Below are positions 60,539 through 64,000 of a stretch of DNA of 64,000 nt, one piece after another (within the stretch, counting starts at the first letter, position 1; each line of letters starts with the position of its first letter). The DNA comes from Candidatus Eiseniibacteriota bacterium (GTDB lineage: Bacteria > Eisenbacteria > RBG-16-71-46 > CAZAMP01). A program made the translations under genes and the position numbers. Where the stretch lies: NCBI GenBank assembly GCA_965224245.1, contig OZ245046.1, forward strand, positions 6,016,001 through 6,080,000, read 5' to 3'. The notes under the pieces were generated by a model. The model was not told the DNA's origin, did no database searches, and saw nothing but the letters and a program-made list of their open reading frames with translations.

Positions 60539-62116
60539 TCACTCGCGCCGTCGCGCGACGAGCCACACCTCGCGCGCCGCGGCCACCGGCATCGCGTGCA
60601 ACGCGGCGTGACAGCGCCAGCACACCGTGGCCAGGTTCTCCATCGTGTTCCGACCCCCGCGCTCCACGGGCAGCCGATGATGCACCGCGAGGTGATGACG
60701 GCTGTTGCACCCGGGTACACGGCATCGGTGCTCGTCGCGCGCGAGCACGCGTCGCCGCAGGCTCGGCGCGATGCTGGCGCGCCGCCGACCGCGAGCGTCG
60801 ACGACGTCCGCGTCGGCGAGAATGGCCCGGCGCATGACATCGTTGAGCGGACGATCGCCGACGCGCGCCCGATGACAGGTCGGACAGTCCTGGACGACGA
60901 TCTGATAGCACGACCGCGGTCCCGCCTCTGCCACCATCGCCGACGACGAGGAAGACGGCGTGGAGCATGACGCCGAGGAGGACGCTGCCGACGACGCCGA
61001 CGCCGGAGACGACGGAGGCACGCGGGATGAGGAAGCCGACGGGGATGAGGAAGACGGCGCCGTCGACCGAGCCGCCGCTTCCGCCGACGTCGACCGAGGC
61101 GCCGACCCCGACGACAGGGCGTTCGCGAACATCGCCATCGCCGCGACGACGAACTCCGCCTTCGAGCCCCGGAACCCGTGCTTCCGGGCGTGCTCCCACG
61201 CGGCCTCGGCGTGCGCATGGGAGAGGGTGTCGAGCCGCACGCGCAGCTCGAGAGTCACCTCGAGCGTCGGCGCCGATGTCACGGCCGCATCGCCGACCCC
61301 AGCGACCGAGTCGACGTCCGCGACCGAGTCGGCCACCGAAGGGCAGTCGTCCGCGACGGTGGAGTTGGTCCCCGCGGCGGAGTCGACCGCTGCGGCCGAG
61401 TCAGCCACCGCGTCCGCGCCGGCGCCGGACACGGCGATGCTGTCCGCGTTGGCGAGATCGGCCGCGATGGCCTCATCGGCGGCCCGCGCGACGTCGGCCG
61501 CGCCGATCGTCGGCGACGACGCCGCGTCCCCTCGTGACGATGGCTTCGCCGGCACCGGATCGACCCGGATCGTCTCCTGCGCCCCGCCACCGACCGCACG
61601 CCGCGCCGCCCCCCGGGCGTCCGCGATCCGCTGCTCCAGCTCCCGACGCGACAGGCGCGACGCCAGCCCGATCCACGCATCCGCGGACGAGGCGGTCAGG
61701 ATCGGGGCGATCGCGCGCGCCTTCGTCCAGCTCAGCCGGCCCGACGCCATCGCGTCGCGGAGCGCCGGGAACTCCCGCATCCGCTCGGACAGCCCCCGCA
61801 GCTGATGACACCGCGACGCCGACATCTCCAGTCGCTCCATCGCGTACGCCAGCATCGAGGTGAAGCCGAGCACGCGATAGTGGTGCTCGGCGTCGATCTC
61901 GGCGAACGACAGCGCGACCGCGACGCTCGCGCGGCCTTCCAGACGTCGCACGCGCTCCAGCCGCCGGCAGGCGCGACGCGAGCGCGCCTCGCGCCGAGCG
62001 TCCGTCCCCTGAAGACGGGAGCGCGCGTTGTTCCGAACGTCCGTCCCCTGAAGACGGGAGCGCGCGTCGCTCCGAACGTCCGTCCCCTGGAGGCCGCTCG
62101 TGTTCGTGCTGGACAT
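60539..62116 (-). CDS. HNH endonuclease with N-terminal helical domain (DUF222-like architecture) and low-complexity linker
   Basis: C-terminal RRRVLARDEHRCRVPGC...VHH...GGRNTMENLATVCWRCH; N-terminal SGRLSWTKA; start codon uncertain. Confidence 0.8.
   Translation of the reverse strand: MSSTNTSGLQGTDVRSDARSRLQGTDVRNNARSRLQGTDARREARSRRACRRLERVRRLEGRASVAVALSFAEIDAEHHYRVLGFTSMLAYAMERLEMSASRCHQLRGLSERMREFPALRDAMASGRLSWTKARAIAPILTASSADAWIGLASRLSRRELEQRIADARGAARRAVGGGAQETIRVDPVPAKPSSRGDAASSPTIGAADVARAADEAIAADLANADSIAVSGAGADAVADSAAAVDSAAGTNSTVADDCPSVADSVADVDSVAGVGDAAVTSAPTLEVTLELRVRLDTLSHAHAEAAWEHARKHGFRGSKAEFVVAAMAMFANALSSGSAPRSTSAEAAARSTAPSSSSPSASSSRVPPSSPASASSAASSSASCSTPSSSSSAMVAEAGPRSCYQIVVQDCPTCHRARVGDRPLNDVMRRAILADADVVDARGRRRASIAPSLRRRVLARDEHRCRVPGCNSRHHLAVHHRLPVERGGRNTMENLATVCWRCHAALHAMPVAAAREVWLVARRRE
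61975..62092. repeat. Three 39-bp tandem units at the 5' end of the HNH gene (LQGTD.R..ARSR)
   Basis: CGTCCGTCCCCTGAAGACGGGAGCGCGCGT recurs at 61999 and 62038, partially at 62077. Confidence 0.85.
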
Positions 62117-62543
62117 GCTCGCGACACGCGATGGCTCGGTCCTGGACACCCGCATGATGCACCCCTCAGTCGACGGTGTTGATCATCAGAGGACCGGCCG
62201 ATCCGAACGCACGGCGCCGCGTCATCAGACGGCGCCGACGGAGATCGACCGGCGAACGCCATCGCCCGGGGCGTGCGCGGCGAAGGAACCGGGGCAGCTG
62301 CTCGATCCAACGGGGGGAGAGCTCGGCCGACCTGGGGCTGATCGACGTGAGAAAGTTACCGGAATCGCCCGCCGAAGTCAAGCATAAATCAATACGTGAC
62401 AATAAGTTAACACGCTCCGGCGCGCACTCTGACCCGCCTCGCCGGAGGCGTTCGCGCGCCGGTCGGTGACCTCCCAGGCCGACCGCAGCGCCCACCACCG
62501 TTGCGCGGGGCGCCCGGCGCCCCGTGCTCGGTGTCCCGCGCTG

Positions 62544-62607
62544 GGCGTCCCGCGCCCCGCGCTCGAGTCCCCGCGCCCGGCGTCCCGCGCCCCGCGCTCG
62601 AGTCCCC
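62544..62607. repeat. 29-bp direct repeat pair GGCGTCCCGCGCCCCGCGCTCGAGTCCCC
   Basis: Copies at 62544-62572 and 62579-62607. Confidence 0.75.
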
Positions 62608-62845
62608 ATGCCCCGCGTTGCCCCGTGATTACCCGGGTACGATCGCCACCTCCGGCATCCGGCCGGAGCGGCGAGCAAGGCGGCGGGCAAAGCGGCGCCG
62701 TCGCGCGAAAGAGGCTCGACGTCGTCATCGAGGTCTCGAGACGAGCTCCGCCACCTGCGGCGATTCCCGGATTGACCCTTCTCGTCGGGGCCCCACCGGC
62801 GCGGGAGCCCGTTCGGTGACGGAGGGAGCCGCCGGTCCGCCGGCG

Positions 62846-63661
62846 TCAGCGATAGAGGGCCTTCATCCGGCCCCACGTCGACCGGTTGACCGGCGTCCCC
62901 GCGCAGGCGTCACAGGTGGGCACGGCGATGCCGTCGCACTCCTCGCAGCCGGACACCCACACGCAGGTGCCGTCGGAACGGCAGCACCAGGTCCCGCCGG
63001 TCGGTCGATCCGAGGACACCTCCACGTATCGGAGTAGCGCGAGCTCGTAGCCGATGCCGAACACGTCGGTGGCGGGCGTCCAGTCCGCGAAGCCGAAGAA
63101 GTCGGATCGGAAGTGAGCCTCGGCGCCGTTCCCGGTTCCGGTGGCGACGCCCCACTGCGGTGGGAAGCACGCGTCGGCGATGACGCTCACGTGGTAGGTA
63201 CACCCGTACTCGAGAAAGACGTAGGAGAAGGTCCCACAGTATCCGTACGGGTCGCCCGGTGCCTCGTTGTACTCGGTCAGGTAGCGGGTCGCCACTTCCT
63301 CGCCGGGAACACCCGCGTCGTCCAGATAGTACGAGATGCGGAATCCGTCCGGCGGCACGGGCGATCCGTTCCAGTAGACACCCCACCAGCCGATGCCGAC
63401 GTCGCCGTATCCGGCCACGAAGTCGTCGGCCATCTCGGAGACGAACGGGTAGCAGACGTCGTCCTGCGAGGACAGGCCGCTCTGACCGTCGGGAAACTGC
63501 TCCCACTCGATGAAACCGTCGCAGTCGTACGGTCCGGGCTCGAGCGAGCCGCCCGATGGCGTGGCGGTGAGCGTGGGCACGTCCGCGCCCGCGGGTAGCG
63601 CGAGGGCGGCGGCGAGAACCGGGATCGAGAGAGCCAGTCGTGCCGATGCGTGGTGTGACAT
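62846..63661 (-). CDS. Secreted protein with Cys-rich module, ending in TPVNRSTWGRMKALYR
   Basis: GAGGT SD, signal peptide ending AGA-D, beta-rich body (ADDF..., WWG.YW), WCCRSDGTC...C..C...C..C module. Confidence 0.75.
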   Translation of the reverse strand: MSHHASARLALSIPVLAAALALPAGADVPTLTATPSGGSLEPGPYDCDGFIEWEQFPDGQSGLSSQDDVCYPFVSEMADDFVAGYGDVGIGWWGVYWNGSPVPPDGFRISYYLDDAGVPGEEVATRYLTEYNEAPGDPYGYCGTFSYVFLEYGCTYHVSVIADACFPPQWGVATGTGNGAEAHFRSDFFGFADWTPATDVFGIGYELALLRYVEVSSDRPTGGTWCCRSDGTCVWVSGCEECDGIAVPTCDACAGTPVNRSTWGRMKALYR

Positions 63662-64000
63662 GCGGACCTCGCGGGTTACGGGAGGGCGGCACCTCGGGGC
63701 TACGTGTGGTCGGATTCTATCACGCGGGGGCAGAGCACGGACGGCCTGCGGGACGGGACGTGCGGGCGGGAGTCCGGCGACGTGGGACGTCGGGTGACCC
63801 GCGAATCGGCTCAGCGGGGAGCGTGCGCGTGAACGGCCTTGATCGAGCCCCACGTGTGCCGCTCGACCGGCGTGGAGCGGCCGGCGTCGTACAGGCGGAA
63901 TGCGCGCTTGGAGATCACGGCCTCCCAGACCGGGTGCCCGAGGAGCGCCGAGCGAAAGCAGCCGACCTCCTCGTCGAGCACCGCGCTCGCCCAGCCCCAC

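Noticed and set aside
61975-62092. Mini-CRISPR or guide-RNA array beside the HNH nuclease
   Set aside because: The 9-nt segments between the 30-bp cores resemble each other (TGTTCCGAA vs CGCTCCGAA), and the 39-bp period is in frame with the gene, so a simple tandem duplication explains it
62846-64000. 384-aa ORF running to the window edge
   Set aside because: The first 113 codons are Arg/Pro-rich noise; an SD and a signal peptide support the start at 63661

Overview
High-GC bacterial chromosomal window dominated by the core transcription/translation superoperon: four tRNAs, tuf, tRNA-Trp, secE-nusG-rplKAJL-rpoBC, then rpsL-rpsG-fusA-tuf, and the S10, spc and alpha clusters through rplQ. The left end (1-9604) is the tail of a surface-glycan locus (Wzy/ligase-like fragment, formyltransferase, deacetylase, GT4, MurJ-type flippase, membrane alkaline-phosphatase-superfamily enzyme). 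A ~15 kb accessory block lies between rpoC and rpsL. It encodes an S8 protease and an MtrC/OmcA-like multiheme cytochrome that both end in a FlgD-Ig/T9SS-type-A-like domain, an MMPL/LolA-like/beta-barrel export module with a divergent ArsR-DUF302 pair, and an Lsa-like ABC-F with a candidate leader uORF. The right end carries nested tandem repeats and an HNH endonuclease. Best leads: (i) the multiheme cytochrome with a secretion-type C-terminal domain; (ii) a shared C-terminal PV-x3-[ST]W-x2-[IM]K-x-[VL]YR tail on two unrelated secreted proteins; (iii) an RGG/Pro-repeat N-terminal extension on ribosomal protein uS5; (iv) a ~380-nt structured rpsG-fusA spacer; (v) a recurring 25-bp AT-rich dyad. 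The protein tails and EF-Tu signature suggest an FCB-associated lineage (Eisenbacteria/Krumholzibacteriota/Latescibacterota/Gemmatimonadota-like); this is inference. All family calls come from motif recognition by eye, with no database searches.
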